A stretch of DNA of 64,000 nucleotides, taken from Pecten maximus (Eukaryota). The translations under genes were made by a program, and so were the position numbers. The notes under the pieces were generated by a model. It did no database searches and was not told the origin of the DNA. It was given only the letters and a program-made list of their open reading frames with translations. Shown piece after piece: positions 12,800-27,800 of the stretch. Every line of letters begins with the position of its first letter. The stretch's first letter is position 1. The stretch is from assembly GCF_902652985.1 (NCBI RefSeq), contig NC_047015.1:34410001-34474000 (forward strand), read 5' to 3'.

Positions 12800-15700
12800 T
12801 AACGATTGAGCTCTTTGTCTATATATCATGCTTATCTCTGTAAATAATGGTGGGGCATATTAGCCCTATGATGGCAGATTATCTTAGAGGAAAATTGTTG
12901 AAAAGAGCTTTTGTTGAAGCATCATGCTTATCGTAGAAGATAATTTTAGAGATGTGCTCTTTATAGATGGATCATGCTTATCTTCTGATCTTTGTAGGTA
13001 ATCATGGAATTAAAATGTGGATCAGACATATTTTGCTAGATACTTGTATAAACGAACTCTGTTTACGTGATTCTATATATTAATCTTTTTTATGTAATTG
13101 TAGAGAAGTTCTTTGTTCAAAGACAATGTTTTATCAAATGGACCATACTTATTTCTGTAAATAATTATAGAGATGAGCTCTTTGTATGCAGATCATGCTT
13201 ATTTTAGTTGGTAGTTATAGAGATGAGCTCTTTATATGTGGATAATACCTATTTTAGTAGGTAGTTATAGAGATGAGCTCTTTGTATGTGGATAATACCT
13301 ATTTTAGTAGGTAGTTATAGAGATGAGCTCTCTGTATGTGGATCATACTTATTTTAGTAGGTAGTTATAGAGATGAGCTCTTTGTATGTGGATAATACCT
13401 ATTTTAGTAGGTAGCTATAGAGCTGAGCTCTTTGTATGTGGATCGTGCTCATTTTATCAGGCGTTTATAAAGATGAACTCTATGTGGATCATACCTATTT
13501 TAGTAGGTTATTATAAGAGATGAGCTCTTTGTATGTGGATAATGTATATTTTAGTTGGTAGTTATAGAGGTGAGCTCTTTGTATGTCGATCGTGCTCATT
13601 TTATTAGGCGTTTATAAAGATGAGCTCTATGTGGATCATGCCTATTTTAGTAGGTTATTATAAGAGATGAGCTCTTTGTATGTGGATCATACTTATTTTA
13701 GTAGGTTATTATAAGAGATGAGCTCTTTGTATGTGGATAATGTATATTTTAGTTGGTAGTTATAGAGATGGCCTTTTTGTATGTGGATCATACTTATTTT
13801 AGTTGGTAGTTATAGAGATGGCCTCTTTGTATGTGGATCATACTTATTTTAGTAGGTTATTATAAGAGATGAGCTCTTTGTATGTGGATAATGTATATTT
13901 TAGTTGGTAGTTATAGAGATGAGCTCTTTGTATGTGGATCGTGCTCTTTTTATTAGACGTTTATAAAGATGAGCTCTATGTGGATCATACATATTTTAGT
14001 AGGTTATTATAAGAGATGAGCTCTTTGTATGTGGATAATGTATATTTTAGTTGGTAGTTATAGAAGTGAGCTCTTTGTATGTGGATAATACCTATTTTAG
14101 TAGGTAGTTATAGAGCTGAGCTCTTTGTATGTGGATCGTGCTTATTTTAGTAGGTTATTATAGAGCTGAGCTTTTTTTGTATGTGGATCGTGCTCATTTT
14201 ATCAGGCGTTTATAAAGATGAGCTCTATGTGGATCATACCTATTTTAGTAGGTTATTATAAGAGATGAGCTCTTTGTATGTGGATAATGTATATTTTAGT
14301 TGGTAGTTATAGAGATGGCCTCTTTGTATGTGGATCATACTTATTTTAGCAGGTTATTACAGAGATGAGCTCTTTGTATGTGGATCGTGCTCATTTTATT
14401 AGGCGTTTATAAAGATGAGCTCTATGTGGATCATGCCTATTTTAGTAGGTTATTATAAGAGATGAGCTCTTTGTATGTGGATAATGCATATTTTAGTTGG
14501 TAGTTATAGAAGTGAGCTCTTTGTATGTGGATAATACCTATTTTAGTAGGTAGTTATAGAGCTGAGCTCTTTGTATGTGGATCGTGCTTATTTTAGTAGG
14601 TTATTATAAGAGATGAGCTCTTTGTATGTGGAAAATGTATATTTAATAGATTATTATATAGATGAGCTCTTTGTATATGGATCATGATTATGTTCGTACA
14701 TAATTATATAGATGAGCTCTTTGCATGTGGATCATGCTCATTTTATTAGGTGATTATAAAGATGAGCTCTATGTTGATCATGCATATTTAAGTAGGTACT
14801 TATAGAGGGAGCCTTTGTACATGGATCATGCTAATTTTAGTAGGGGATTATAGAGATGAATTTGTTGTATGTGGATCATGCTTATTTAAGTAGGTAATTG
14901 TAAAAACGAGCTCTTTGTGTGTGGATCATGCTAATTTTAGCAGCTAGTTATAGAGATGAGCTCTTTGTATAAGGATCATGCTCATTTTAGTAGGTGATTA
15001 AGTAGATGAGCTCTTTATATGTGGAAAATAGTTATTTTGGTAGGTAATTACAGATATGAGCTCTATACAAATGAAACATACTTATATTGGTAGGTAATTG
15101 TAGAAGATGAGGTCTTTGTATGTGGATCATGCTTACATTTATAGATAATTAGTGGCAAGCTCTTTAATGATTCATCATGCTTTTTTTGATAGATAATTAT
15201 AGAAATACACTCTTTTTATGTGAATCAAACTTATTTTGGCAGGCAATTAGAGATGAGCTCTTTGCTTGTCGATTATGCTTATCCTACTAGGTAATTGCAT
15301 TGTGATTATGGATTATGTTGCTTTTTTAAGTAATTATAAGGACGAGCTGTTTAAGGTGTATCATTGTTATAATGGTAAGTAATTGCCTAGATGAGCTCTT
15401 TGTTGATTTTGGTAGATAATTGTTTTTGTGGCGAATGAATAGAAATAATGTTTACCTCATTATTGTTAAAATTTGAGCCCTTGAAAGATTTGATGTTTAC
15501 ATCAGTGTTGGGAGAAATTTTAGGTCTGTTTACTTGTCTTGTGGTAGAAATTGAAAACTTATCTTGCTAGTGTTTGCAAACTGAAGAGACAAGCTCTTGA
15601 ATGGTAAAAGATGTTTACCTTCTGTTGAAAGGTATCTGAAGAGATGATTTCTCGAAGCGTTAAGAAACCTTACTTCGCTTTTGGTACAGAATTTGAAGAG

Positions 15701-16257
15701 ATGAACTCTTGATTGGTAAAGGGTGTTTGTTGTTGTTGTGGATGGATGACTGTTTGATTGGTAAAGATTGATACCTTGGTGTTGGAAGAAATCAAAGGGT
15801 TGAGCAGTTGAATGTTGTTATCTCGCTAGAAAATTGAAGATGTGAACTCTTGAAATGGTAACCTTGAATTGGTAACCTTTTCTTCAAGGTTACAATTTCA
15901 AGGTAACCTTGAAATGGTGAGCATTTGGATAGAAAAGGATGTTTACCTTGCTGTTGAAGAGAATTGGAAGAGATATGCTCTTGCAATGTAAGTGTGTTTA
16001 CCTAGCTGTTGTTGGAAAATTAAAGATATAAACTCTTGTATGTTAAAGGTTCCATTGATGTTCTAAAAATTTTGATAGTTTGATCTGATCAGTAAAGTGT
16101 GTTTACCTTCCTGTTGGTAGAAAATGAGAAAAGATCAGCTCTATTATATGGTAATGTAGGATTAACTAATTGTAAGTAGAAATTAAGAGATCAGCTCTTT
16201 AATGGTATTGAATGCTTCCTGGTTGTTAATGGAACATGGCAGAGATGACTGTTGTAC
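12800..16257. repeat. About 50-bp satellite (ATTTTAGTAGGTAGTTATAGAGATGAGCTCTTTGTATGTGGATAATACCT); homogeneous core 13150-14750, degenerate flanks
   Basis: GAGATGAGCTC core recurs every 47-51 bp. Confidence 0.9.
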
Positions 16258-18528
16258 GGTAAAGTGTGTTTACCTAGCTGTAGGTAGAAATTGAGGGAGA
16301 TTGGCACCCGCATAGTAAAGTGTGTTTACCTAGCTGTAGGTAGAAATTGAGGGAGATTGGCACCCGCATGGTAAAGTGTGTTTACCTAGCTGGTGGTAGA
16401 AATTGAGGGAGATTGGCACCCGCAGGGTAAAGTGTGTTTACCTAGCTGAGGATAGAAATTGAGGGAGATTGGCACCCGCATGGTAAACAGTAGAAATTGA
16501 GGGAGATTGGCACCCGCATGGTAAAGTGTGTTTACCTAGCTGAGGATAGAAATTGAGGGAGATTGGCACCCGCATGGTAAACAGTAGAAATTGAGGGAGA
16601 TTGGCACCCGCATGGTAAAGTGTGTTTACCTAGCTGAGGATAGAAAATGAGGGAGATTGGCACCCGCATGGTACCCAGGGTAAACAGTAGAAATTGAGGG
16701 AGATTGGCACCCGCATGGTAATGTGTGTTTACCTAGCTGTAGGTAGAAATTGAGGGAGATTGGCACCCGCATGGTAAAATGTGTTTACCTAGCTGAGGAT
16801 AGAAATTGAGGGAGATTGGCACCCGCATGGTAAAGTGTGTTTACTTAGCTGATGGTAGAAATTGAGGGAGATTGGCACCCGTATGGTAAAGTGTGTTTAC
16901 CTAGCTGTAGGTAGAAATTGAGGGAGATTGGCACCCGCATGGTAAACAGTAGAAATTGAGGGAGATTGGCACCCGCATGGTAAAGTGTGTTTACCTAGCT
17001 GATGGTAGAAATTGAGGGAGATTGGCACCCGCATGGTAAAGTGTGTTTACCTAGCTGAGGATAGAAATTGAGGGAGATTGGCACCCGCATGGTAAACAGT
17101 AGAAACTGAGGGAGATTGGCACCCGCATGGTAAAGTGTGTTTACCTAGCTGAGGATAGAAATTGAGGGAGATTGGCACCCGCATGGTAAAGTGTGTTTAC
17201 TTAGCTGATGGTAGAAATTGAGGGAGATTGGCACCCGCATGGTAAAGTGTGTTTACCTAGCTGTAGGTAGAAATTGAGGGAGATTGGCACCCGCATGGTA
17301 AAGTGTGTTTACCTAGCTGAGGATAGAAATTGAGGGAGATTGGCACCCGCATGGTAAACAGTAGAAACTGAGGGAGATTGGCACCCGCATGGTAAAGTGT
17401 GTTTACCTAGCTGAGGATAGAAATTGAGGGAGATTGGCACCCGCATGGTAAACAGTAGAAATTGAGGGAGATTGGCACCCCCAGGGTAAAGTGTGTTTAC
17501 CTAGCTGAGGAAAGAAATTGAGGGAGATTGGCACCCGCATGGTAAACAGTAGAAATTGAGGGAGATTGGCACCCGCATGGTAAACAGTAGAAATTGAGGG
17601 AGATTGGCACCAGCATGGTAAAGTGTGTTTACCTAGCTGAGGATAGAAATTGAGGGAGATTGGCACCCGCATGATACCCAGGGTAAACAGTAGAAATTGA
17701 GGGAGATTGGCACCCGCATGGTAATGTGTGTTTACCTAGCTGTAGGTAGAAATTGAGGGAGATTGGCACCCACATGGTAAAATGTGTTTACCTAGCTGAG
17801 GATAGAAATTGAGGGAGATTGGCACCCGCATGGTAAAGTGTGTTTACTTAGCTGATGGTAGAAATTGAGGGAGATTGGCACCCGCATGGTAAAGTGTGTT
17901 TACCTAGCTGATGGTAGAAATTGAGGGAGATTGGCACCTGCATGGTGAACAGTAGAAATTGAGGGAGATTGGCACCCGCATGGTAAAGTGTGTTTACCTA
18001 GCTGATGGTAGAAATTGAGGGAGATTGGCACCCGCATGGTAAAGTGTGTTTACCTAGCTGTAGGTAGAAATTGAGGGAGATTGGCACCGCATGGTAAAGT
18101 GTGTTTACCTAGCTGTTGGTAGAAATTGAGGGAGATTGGCACCCGCATGGTAAAGTGTGTTTACCTAGCTGTTTGTAGAAATTGAGGGAGATTGGCACCC
18201 GCATGGTAAACAGTAATATTGGGGGAGATTGGCACCCGCATGGTAAAGTGTGTTTACCTAGCTGATAGTAGTAATTGAGGGAGATTGGCACCCGCATGGT
18301 AAAGTGTGTTTACCTAGCTGTTGGTTGAAATTGAGGGAGATTGGCACCGCATGGTAAACAGTAGAAATTGAGGGAGATTGGCACCCGCATGGTAAAGTGT
18401 GTTTACCTAGCTGATAGTAGAAATTGAGGGAGATTGGCACCCGCATGGTAAAGTGTGTTTACCTAGCTGAGGATAGAAATTGAGGGAGATTGGCACCCGC
18501 ATGGTAAAGTGTTTACCTAGCTGAGGAT
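16258..18528. repeat. Satellite mixing 56-bp and 38-bp monomers that share TAGAAATTGAGGGAGATTGGCACCCGCATGGTAAA
   Basis: Directly visible; related to the degenerate flanking units; explains ORFs at 17403-18446. Confidence 0.95.
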
Positions 18529-21500
18529 AAAAAGGTTCAAAGTTGAGCTCTTGAACAGTAAAGAATGTCTACTTTGATATAGGTAGAAAACTTCAGGGAT
18601 ATGTGCTTGATTTATTTTGGTTTACCTGAATGTTGGAAAAAAGTGTGATAGTTGATGTTTCGAATGATAAAGTAAGCTTCTGTTTGAAGGTTTTTTATAG
18701 AGTGACCTTTTGAATGGTAACCTTCCTGTTGGTAGATAATGGAAGAGATCGTCACTTAGATTGTAACCAGAGTGTCCAGATTGAAGAGATGAGCTCTAGA
18801 TCGGTACTACAATTTTTACCATTAGAGAGCTTATCTCAATGTATTCATATTCAAAACTCTTCCGACAGCAAGGAACATATAATTTATTAACCTTGAGCTA
18901 TCTGTTCAACCTGTTACCAATTAACACAACAGTCAAGATAATCGGTCTACAAACAGGTCGCCTCTCCCATTACCAGTCAACTGACACTTCCAATAATAAG
19001 TTTTTTCCTTCATTATCCACCATTAGCAAGGTAAGCAACACCATCATTGGCATTAAGATATCAAAGCATCCCCTTCTCACCCCATCAAATTTATTCCAAA
19101 AGAAAAAAATGCACAACAAATAGTCCATCATTAGAACATATGACAGGGAGCCGAAGAATCTTTACCATCCGAAAGCTGATCTCCTCTTTTCAACAAACGT
19201 TTCTTCCCGTTTCTTTCAAAACCATTCTACCATCCAAGATACGATCTTTTAATTTCTACCTCAAGCTGCTATGTAAATAGAATTCACCTTTTATTCCAAC
19301 GTCCAGATAAACAGAATTTAACATTCAAGAGATTATCTCTGTAATTTTCTACCATCAATGAGGTAAACACTCTGCATTCTTTAACATTCAAAAACTAATA
19401 ATGTTCCACTAACATCTAAGTAAGTGTTCAGTACTATCCAAGAGCCGATATGTTCAATTTTTCCTAACAGTTAGATCAACTTTTACCATGCAAGAGCTCT
19501 CCGTGTCAAATTTTTCCAACAGTAACGAAATCTTTAACATACAAGAGTTCACATCTTGCCATTTAAGAGATCACTTCTCCATTTTTGTTCCACCAACGTG
19601 TAAACGTCCTTTTTGATTTTGTGGAAATATTTTATAGACAAGCTCTTTGATGTTGGATTTTATTTAGTTTAAACGTCCTTTTTGATTTTGTGGAAATATT
19701 TTATAGATTAGCTCTTTGATGTTGGATTCTATTTATAGTTTGTTGGTATAGGAAATTATAGAGAAGTTGGACACTATCCTTATGGTATAGTTTGTGGAGA
19801 GAGGCAACTGCATGTTGGAGAAGTAAAAAAATGTTTGTAGTGGTGAGGTCTTTCACTGTTGCAGGAAATTCTTTTCATAAGGAAGAATGACAGTCACTCT
19901 TCCTTATGAAAAGAACCGTGGTAAAGAAGAGGGGTAAAATTAGAAAAAGAATATGTGATGTGAGCTTTGTAGTTTTAGAGGAATAAATTTAAGAACAAGG
20001 TTTATATAGATATACTTTCCAGCCACGTCTAACAATGAAGTGAAAAAGGATATAAATTCTGTACATTTTAAAAACTATTGTGCTACCAATGTATACTCAT
20101 TATGTACAAAAGAAATTAGAGGTTAGAAATAAATAATGTGTGAAGCGTAATTAACCTCATTGTTTTTTTATTGGAGCCCCTTTGACCAATCTTTCATCAG
20201 CACAAAAATAGACCAAGTCACTGTGTTTTGAATTATTTTTCATGTGCGTCATTAAGTGATTTATGTATTTCATGGGTTTCCATAATATCCCATAATATAT
20301 ATGTTGCAAAGTATTTTACACAGGTCAGATATGAGGTACCAATAGAAGTTCTTGTGACAAGGAACACACATGTCTAATATGAAAGTCTTAACTTGTATGG
20401 TTAACATATATGATACTGTGACCAGCAAGTCCACAAATGTAGTGGCAATGGAAAGGTCTTGTCACAAGGAACATACGTTAAATACTTAAGCTATATCCTC
20501 ATTAGTATCAATACCACACTCATTTATAAAAAAATAAACCTAGCTGTCTACAGCTGACACCGACCTCTGGAATATATAAATAGCTCCCGACCTTCATGAA
20601 CCTGTCTGACCCATGGGTTTCCCAGGTACTCACTGTCTTCACACAGTAAGGCCTCCTGCTCTCTTCAATCTTGGTCAACAACATTGATTAATATACATGT
20701 AAGTTAATGACAGGTTTCTTAATTGTTAAAAATTGGATTCAATATGGCGGCCATCAGGTTTTATCTATGATAATTTTAGATGCACACTAAAGTGAATGTT
20801 GAGGTAAATGAAGATCGCAATAAAGAAACAAACAAAACAAAAACAAAAAACACACAAAATTAAACAATTCCACTGCAGGACTTTTATTACAAATCAATTT
20901 GATATACAAGTAAAAAATATATTCAAACAAACCTATAAACAGCCTTTTTACCCATACAGTAGAATTTCATGTTTTATGTTGAAAAATTAATCACAATTCT
21001 GAAATTATCTCTTTGTCTTTTTACTAATCATAGAGATTCCAATTTTAATTTCACAACGAAGTATATAAAGAACATAGATAAACCTGGAAAATCGTTATCA
21101 GCTGTGTATAACAATAAAAAAATACTAATACAATACATAAGATATCAATCGTTTAATATATTTACTTAATGTTATATAAACAAGACTTTTTAAATTACTG
21201 CCTATATCTTAATACATCATAGAAAATGGTTAAGTTGGAATGTTATTTGTTGAGATAATGACAATATGTTCAGTGTCAATAAACACTATCTTGACTTCTA
21301 TGATTGACTGATGGTGTTGATATGTGTAAATCATTTGTACATACAATGGAGGTTATCCAATGTTCACATACAGATTACATTATAGTATTTTGTTATAAAA
21401 AAACAAAAAATTGTCTCCCTTGATCTACCTCGAAACCACATAAATGTTAAACTTTGATCGACTATTCACGCCAATTAAAATCTTTAAATTGTGTGATTCA

Positions 21501-21817
21501 TATCACTGTACAATAAAAAATTAAAATGGAAGACTCAATTTTAATCTCTTAAAAATATGACATCACCAGAATATATATTCTAGCTAGAATAATTAGAATA
21601 GCTAATAAACTTATAAAATGTTGATATTTCTCAAGTAAACGCGCATGCACCATTAAAAATATGGCATAATATCTAAAATGAAATCACAGTTCTATCAAAA
21701 ACACTCCTCAAATATTTGTAGAAGAGGATTTTTTTTTGCTTCGTTTTTTGTTTTTCATTCCTTTTTAATTAGCCGGTGGGGTTGTAAACGAGACGCCCTT
21801 TTCAATGTTTTCCACTT

Positions 21818-24800
21818 CTATAGCTCTACAGGTCGTCCAGCAGAATCAAATCGCTCTGTAACACAAAATCAGAGAAACACCAAAGTTTAAAATTACTTCA
21901 TAATCAAAGTACATGTACTTGAATGTACATATAGTTTATAAATAATAATTAGTTAAGTATATATTTTATAGTTTAGTATAATTTCTTTTCAAATTTCATG
22001 TCATCTATCTTTCCCGAGTACAGTCTTCCACTGTAAGCTAGCAGCTTAACTACATTTGTATTACACTACCAAATATGGAACAAATTGCTGAACTTTAAAA
22101 GTATTCAATTTAAACCGTGTGAACTAAGGTTATTGGTAATTTTTTTTATTATTTGAATACAAGACAATGGAGAAGTTCCATAGGCCGGCACTGTGTAGCT
22201 ACCAAGACAGACTCACCACAATGAGGATTGCCCTGGATCTTTGTGTTGGCAATGTGGTTGCCATCAAGGTCAGAGCACCAGCAGTACATCCCAGTAGGGT
22301 CACACTGGGTCTTCTCATAGAATCCTTCAGAGGTGCATGCTGGTCTGTAGCCTTTAAACAGAAAATACAGTTTTCTCAGAGGTGATTGATTCATAGGATT
22401 GAGCTGTTTACACCAAGGCTTGCAGCATTTACACAGAACCAGATATAAAGACAAATCAAGTCAAAATACAAGGCATAGGGCAATGATTTTGTTGAAGGAA
22501 GAAGAACTGGAACATCATATATATAAAGACATCATCTTGTCTTCGCTACTTATATTTCAGAGAGTAAAGATATACTTTTAACTCATACAATAATCAATCT
22601 TGCTTATCCTCAGTAAAACTGGACTGATGTAGAATTCATTTGATAGAATAGTATCTCGGTAACTTTTATGCAGTTAATCATAGTAATCTTACCTTGACTG
22701 TCTGCTCTTTGCTTGACCCTCTCTAAATGCTTGAAGCAGGGAGCCTCTGTAAGGAAAATTTACCATGTAACATTTTGGTGATCTCTCATTTGTAAAATTT
22801 GACTCCTCAAATTTGTAACAATTTGTGTACAGAGTGGTTATTATCATTTAAGAGCTGATGGTGGGCTAAAACACAGATCTAGACAGTTCATCAAATCTAG
22901 TGTACTACAATCACCAGGTCTTTGAACAAGAATCTTCGATCACTTGACAAATATGTTAAATAAATAGAAGATGAAGACAAAAATGACTTTAATGGAAGGT
23001 TATATTGATCTGTCCCTGTACATACCGGTGTCTGTAAAACAGCAGCACCATTCCTTCTTAGACAACAGTTTGTCCTTGTCTGTGTCACATGACTCCAGTA
23101 GGGGTGTAATACACTTCTCCTGGCGAATGTCCTCTATGATAGCCAACTCAGTAACATTAAGGAATCTGTTTTCATCAATGTCCAGGTTACGTCGTTCCCA
23201 CATCACAGACGCTGAACACTTGCACTGTCCGACTGTAATAATATGCCAATCAGAGTTCACACTAAATTCACGATGCCTTTATCAGAGTAAAATATAGCAT
23301 ATATTTCATTCAGAGACAAACTACAGCTCATGCATGTCACCACAATGAGAGCTAAAATAAAGCTTGATAGACTTCAGTCAGAGTCATCTGAAGCTTGCCA
23401 CCTCATTCAGAGTCTCATGACTTCCAAGTCAGGTATTATACAGTAATGGAAAACTGGTTTATAAACATACTTTCCTATTTATTGATATACCCCGCTACCT
23501 GAATAATGTGGTTTGTATTCAACTTTCTGTTAAAATTACAAATTTTTTGTTTAGTCTATCAACTTTTAATCAAAGTTTGAGGTCTGAACCCTAAACATAA
23601 CAGAACAAATCATCAAATTAATAAACATGTTTTCAAGATTGACTTACATGTTCTAAAATCTCCATAGTGCTTGGGTTTTCTCAGTTGTGAATGGAATTTC
23701 ATGTGTTTTTTGCCCCTGTGTTCTTTCTTCTGTGTGTGCAGCATCACAAACCAACCATTCAATCGTTGTCGGATACCCTCAACCTTTTTGGAACATTCTG
23801 ATAAAACAGTAAATTTGATATTTAAAATGTTGACAATGTACCGTATTTGACCTAATAAGGGCGCAGGGCGCGTGTAATTGACAGTGCCCTTATTAAGATT
23901 AGTTATTCTGAAGTTTTATGAACAGACTATACCTTATAGCAGAATTCCCAAGGCTGTGGAAACGGTCAAATATTCAGTTATAAAAATATTCCAGATGAAG
24001 ATATATATTCATTATCATATATTAAGCTTAAACATCACTTGAATATTCCTGTAAACTTGTAAACCATGCCAGCTGATCTATAGACCTGAGAACGTGTGTT
24101 CCACCATTTATGTTCAAATGGAACTCTTTTGTGTTCTATTTATAGACACAGGTAATTTCCCAGATCATATCAGACATCGTTTTCTTTGACCTAATAATTG
24201 ATTTACGTCTTTTACTAGCTTTTTCTGAACAACAGTTACTTAACAACATGAATTGAGTCTTTTACTTTATCTTCAAATAAAGATGGTAAGTTATTATTTC
24301 TATGTGTGTTTATTTTCGGGTGCACTTAGCAATGACATCTGTAGGAATAGAAAAAAATCGAAATTTTGTGTTCCAGGGACTTGAATTTGTTGAAGAAAAT
24401 TGAACACATAAAGTAGCAAAACTTTTCACATGAATTATTACTTTTTAACACCATTTTGACACTCGGTCAAAGATTTATTTCCTTGAAAAAAGGCAGGGGC
24501 ATTAGGTCAAATGCGGTAAATTATATGTCAAATTATTATTTTGACCAATAAATGACTTGTTAAGGATCTATGAAATAATTCAATTAAAAACACATTTAGA
24601 TTTTGTCAGGATGTTTTATATCGTATTTATCATGCAATGAAAGCCAAGTAAGACTCAACTCTCACCCCCTCTTAAAGAGGTCAAGCGCAGCCTTTGACTT
24701 TTAACCTTGACTGATTATTTACCAGGCATACCATTACTGTCCGATAAATACAGTATTCAGTTATGAAAGAACTTATTACACACCTGGATATTTTCGGCTG

Positions 24801-27800
24801 ATTTCTGACTGGCTCCCTTCACCCAAATGCATCAATTCCTGTAAAAGGTAATTTATATTATAGACACTTCCATTGTCATCAAAATTCCATTTAACCAGGT
24901 AGTTCAAATAGGGTAGAGCCATAGGTAATATATTAGTCTATAATCGGTATTGGACTTATAAACGTGTTAAGCACCTATGAAAGAGCTATAGAAAACTGCT
25001 AATACTTAATTGCATGCTATACATTTATGTTTTATTATATACAGGCTTTATATATATCACTAAGATTTCCATCTTAATGGAAATAAAGCTAAATACAAAA
25101 CTTAACAATTTCAATTCATGTCTAATGTTATAGGAAAAATAATCAATTTTCTAAATTGCAGAAAACTGAACCAAATGCAATTCCAATAACATCAGTATTA
25201 TTTCACTGTTAATCATTAGTAAAAAGTAAACTTTGCAATATTTCTCCACACAGCATGAATTCCAAGCCAAGCTCCAGTATATATATATATATATACAGAA
25301 CTGTATCATAGATCTAGTATCTAGTTGTATATCAATCTAATTAAAATCTAGATGGTCATTCTCACTACGTTACATGAACATCTAACAACATCCCATAAGG
25401 GGTCACGTCAGGGTGACCTTTTGGATTAGCCAATCAAATGACTACTTCCAGAATCTTGGAAGTAAATTTTATATGTCCGAATTAGCATGACTAGAGTGCA
25501 TAAGCTTGTATAATCTGTCAATTTAGTTCAAGTCATTTCGTCCCATAAAGCATAACGCTATATACTGTGCCGAAATGGTTTGCTTCAGATGCATGCTGTG
25601 ACGAAATGTTTTGCTTCGATGACATCGACAAAATGCCAATTCACCCTGAAAGTGAAATACACACATCTCAGAGGTCAACCTGACGTGACCCTTATGGGAT
25701 GTTGTTAGTGTTCAAGTAACGTAGTGAGAATGACCATCTAGATTTTAATTAGATTGGTTGTATATATATAGACTGTGACTTCTCCACCAGATTTGTGGAT
25801 GGATGGAGAGACAGATGGAAGTAGAGGCAAGGACAACACTTACATATACCTCCTATCACTTTGTCGTCCCAGACGTTAAAAATAAACACCTGTATACCTG
25901 TAGTTTATTTATTTGTAACATTTGTAAAACTCACATCAACAGCATCCATGTTCTCAATCAGTCTGTGCTGTGAAATGAAGTCACTTTTGTTTTTCTGCAG
26001 AACAGGAAAAAAAATCAATAAGGTCATAATTATTGAAAGGCACATATTTACTGCATGATACCATTATGTTTAGGCCAACTAAGCACAGACATAAAAAATC
26101 CAAGTACTTGGCCAATTGTTATTAGAGTAACAATTCTACATCCATACATAAGAAGCTTTTTGAGAATCCGTGTTGAGGAATCTCAAATTTTGTTTGGTGG
26201 GAGGGGGGGTCTCCTTGCAGTAGCTGTTGGCTACCTCACTCATGAACAACATAAAAGAGACCTGTTGCATGCCATCCAGGGTAAAAATTTTAAAAGCCTG
26301 GCCCAAGGACACAACACAAGAGCACAGACTGGTCCATTCCCCAGCTTCCTGAGAAACACAAACCGTCATGGGTAGGGAGCGTTGAACTACGAACCTTAGA
26401 TCTTCACCTGAGGTTACGTCGGCCAACACTCTAACCAAATGGACTATCATGACACTATAGGATTTTGATAAACACTGTTTTGATAAGACCTCTTTAATTT
26501 TACTTATTTAGATAAAGAAATAGAAAAAGAGTTATACCTTGGCTTTCTTCATGGCCATAATGTGCTTGTGTCTGATGTTCTGAGGACGCTCATCCAGCTC
26601 ATTAACCCTGCTCTCCAGAGGGTTGAACTTTTGGTAATGGCCAGATCGCTCCTTCATCAGACGATTGTGGTGTTTCTTGGCCTTTTTTAGGTGTTTATTG
26701 AACTTGGATAAGCGATGACTGCAATAAATAAAACGACAGTATTGTTTGAAACAGATATTGTCAGAAAATTTTCAATGATAGAAAATTGTCCCCACATGAA
26801 TTGAATGACACATTATATGATAAACAGATTAGATATTTACCCTTAAATACTTAACATAAAATATACAGTTATTTGACTTTGTACAAGTTAAAGTATGTGA
26901 CTCCTGATCATCCAAAACTTAAACACAATTATAATATGACCCTATATCCTCTAGTCTGACCAAACAAGATGTTTTAAGGTTTACATACAAACCTACAATC
27001 ACTTTATTTTACCTATAGCTACATTATACATGTAACTGATTTTATGATTTCTTCCATCAATATTTTGAGGGGATTTTAAATGGTCTATGAAAATTAGGAA
27101 GAAAGTCTAGAGTACCACTTGTACATTTTAATATATTTGCTGTATTCATATTTCAACTGCTTTCTACTTGATAGACATTGAAGCTGTATTTTCCGGTTAA
27201 ATGTAGGTTTAAAATCTCTGCTTTGTGACAATTTCATATAGAGATTGGATTTTTTTTTTCATTTTCAGTAATGCTTAAAATATTGAACATGATGACTTTT
27301 AGTAGTCAATAACCATATATATACAACCATTATACCCAGAGGTAGCATTTGAATGTGCTCGCATACCTTGCCTTGAATACATGTACAGTATTTACAAAAA
27401 TCTTAGGGACACATTCCTATGTCATAAGCATTCATAACAGCCCTGAGGCTATTGTTTTGTACAGTAATGGCCTTTGGTGCTGAATTAATTATGTAATATT
27501 TATTTCTGGGATATGTTAGTGAGAAAATCTTGATCTGACAGTGAAACATCAGTAAGGGAGAGCTATTGGGATAAGTTTTTAATTGTGATATTGATCCTGA
27601 AATCCCTCAAAACTGTCCATATACCAATACTCTCAGTAGTGAATACCTAGCCAGGATTTCCCCTGGAATGGAATTGTTTTGCCACAGCACGTTTCCATAA
27701 AAGTGTGGACTTGTATGATTGATTACATGTGCTTGCATGAAAATTAAATAATTAAAATGACAGATTACCATATCTCCATTTCGGTAATATGCAATGACAA

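Noticed and set aside
16258-18528. CRISPR-like look (constant block plus variable part)
   Set aside because: The variable parts are near-identical variants, not unique spacers; no cas genes; eukaryotic context.
20320-20600. Helentron/HINE-like fragments (also near 33320-33460, 45170-45340 and 48500-48750)
   Set aside because: Resemble common molluscan repeats but ends could not be defined, so not listed as features.
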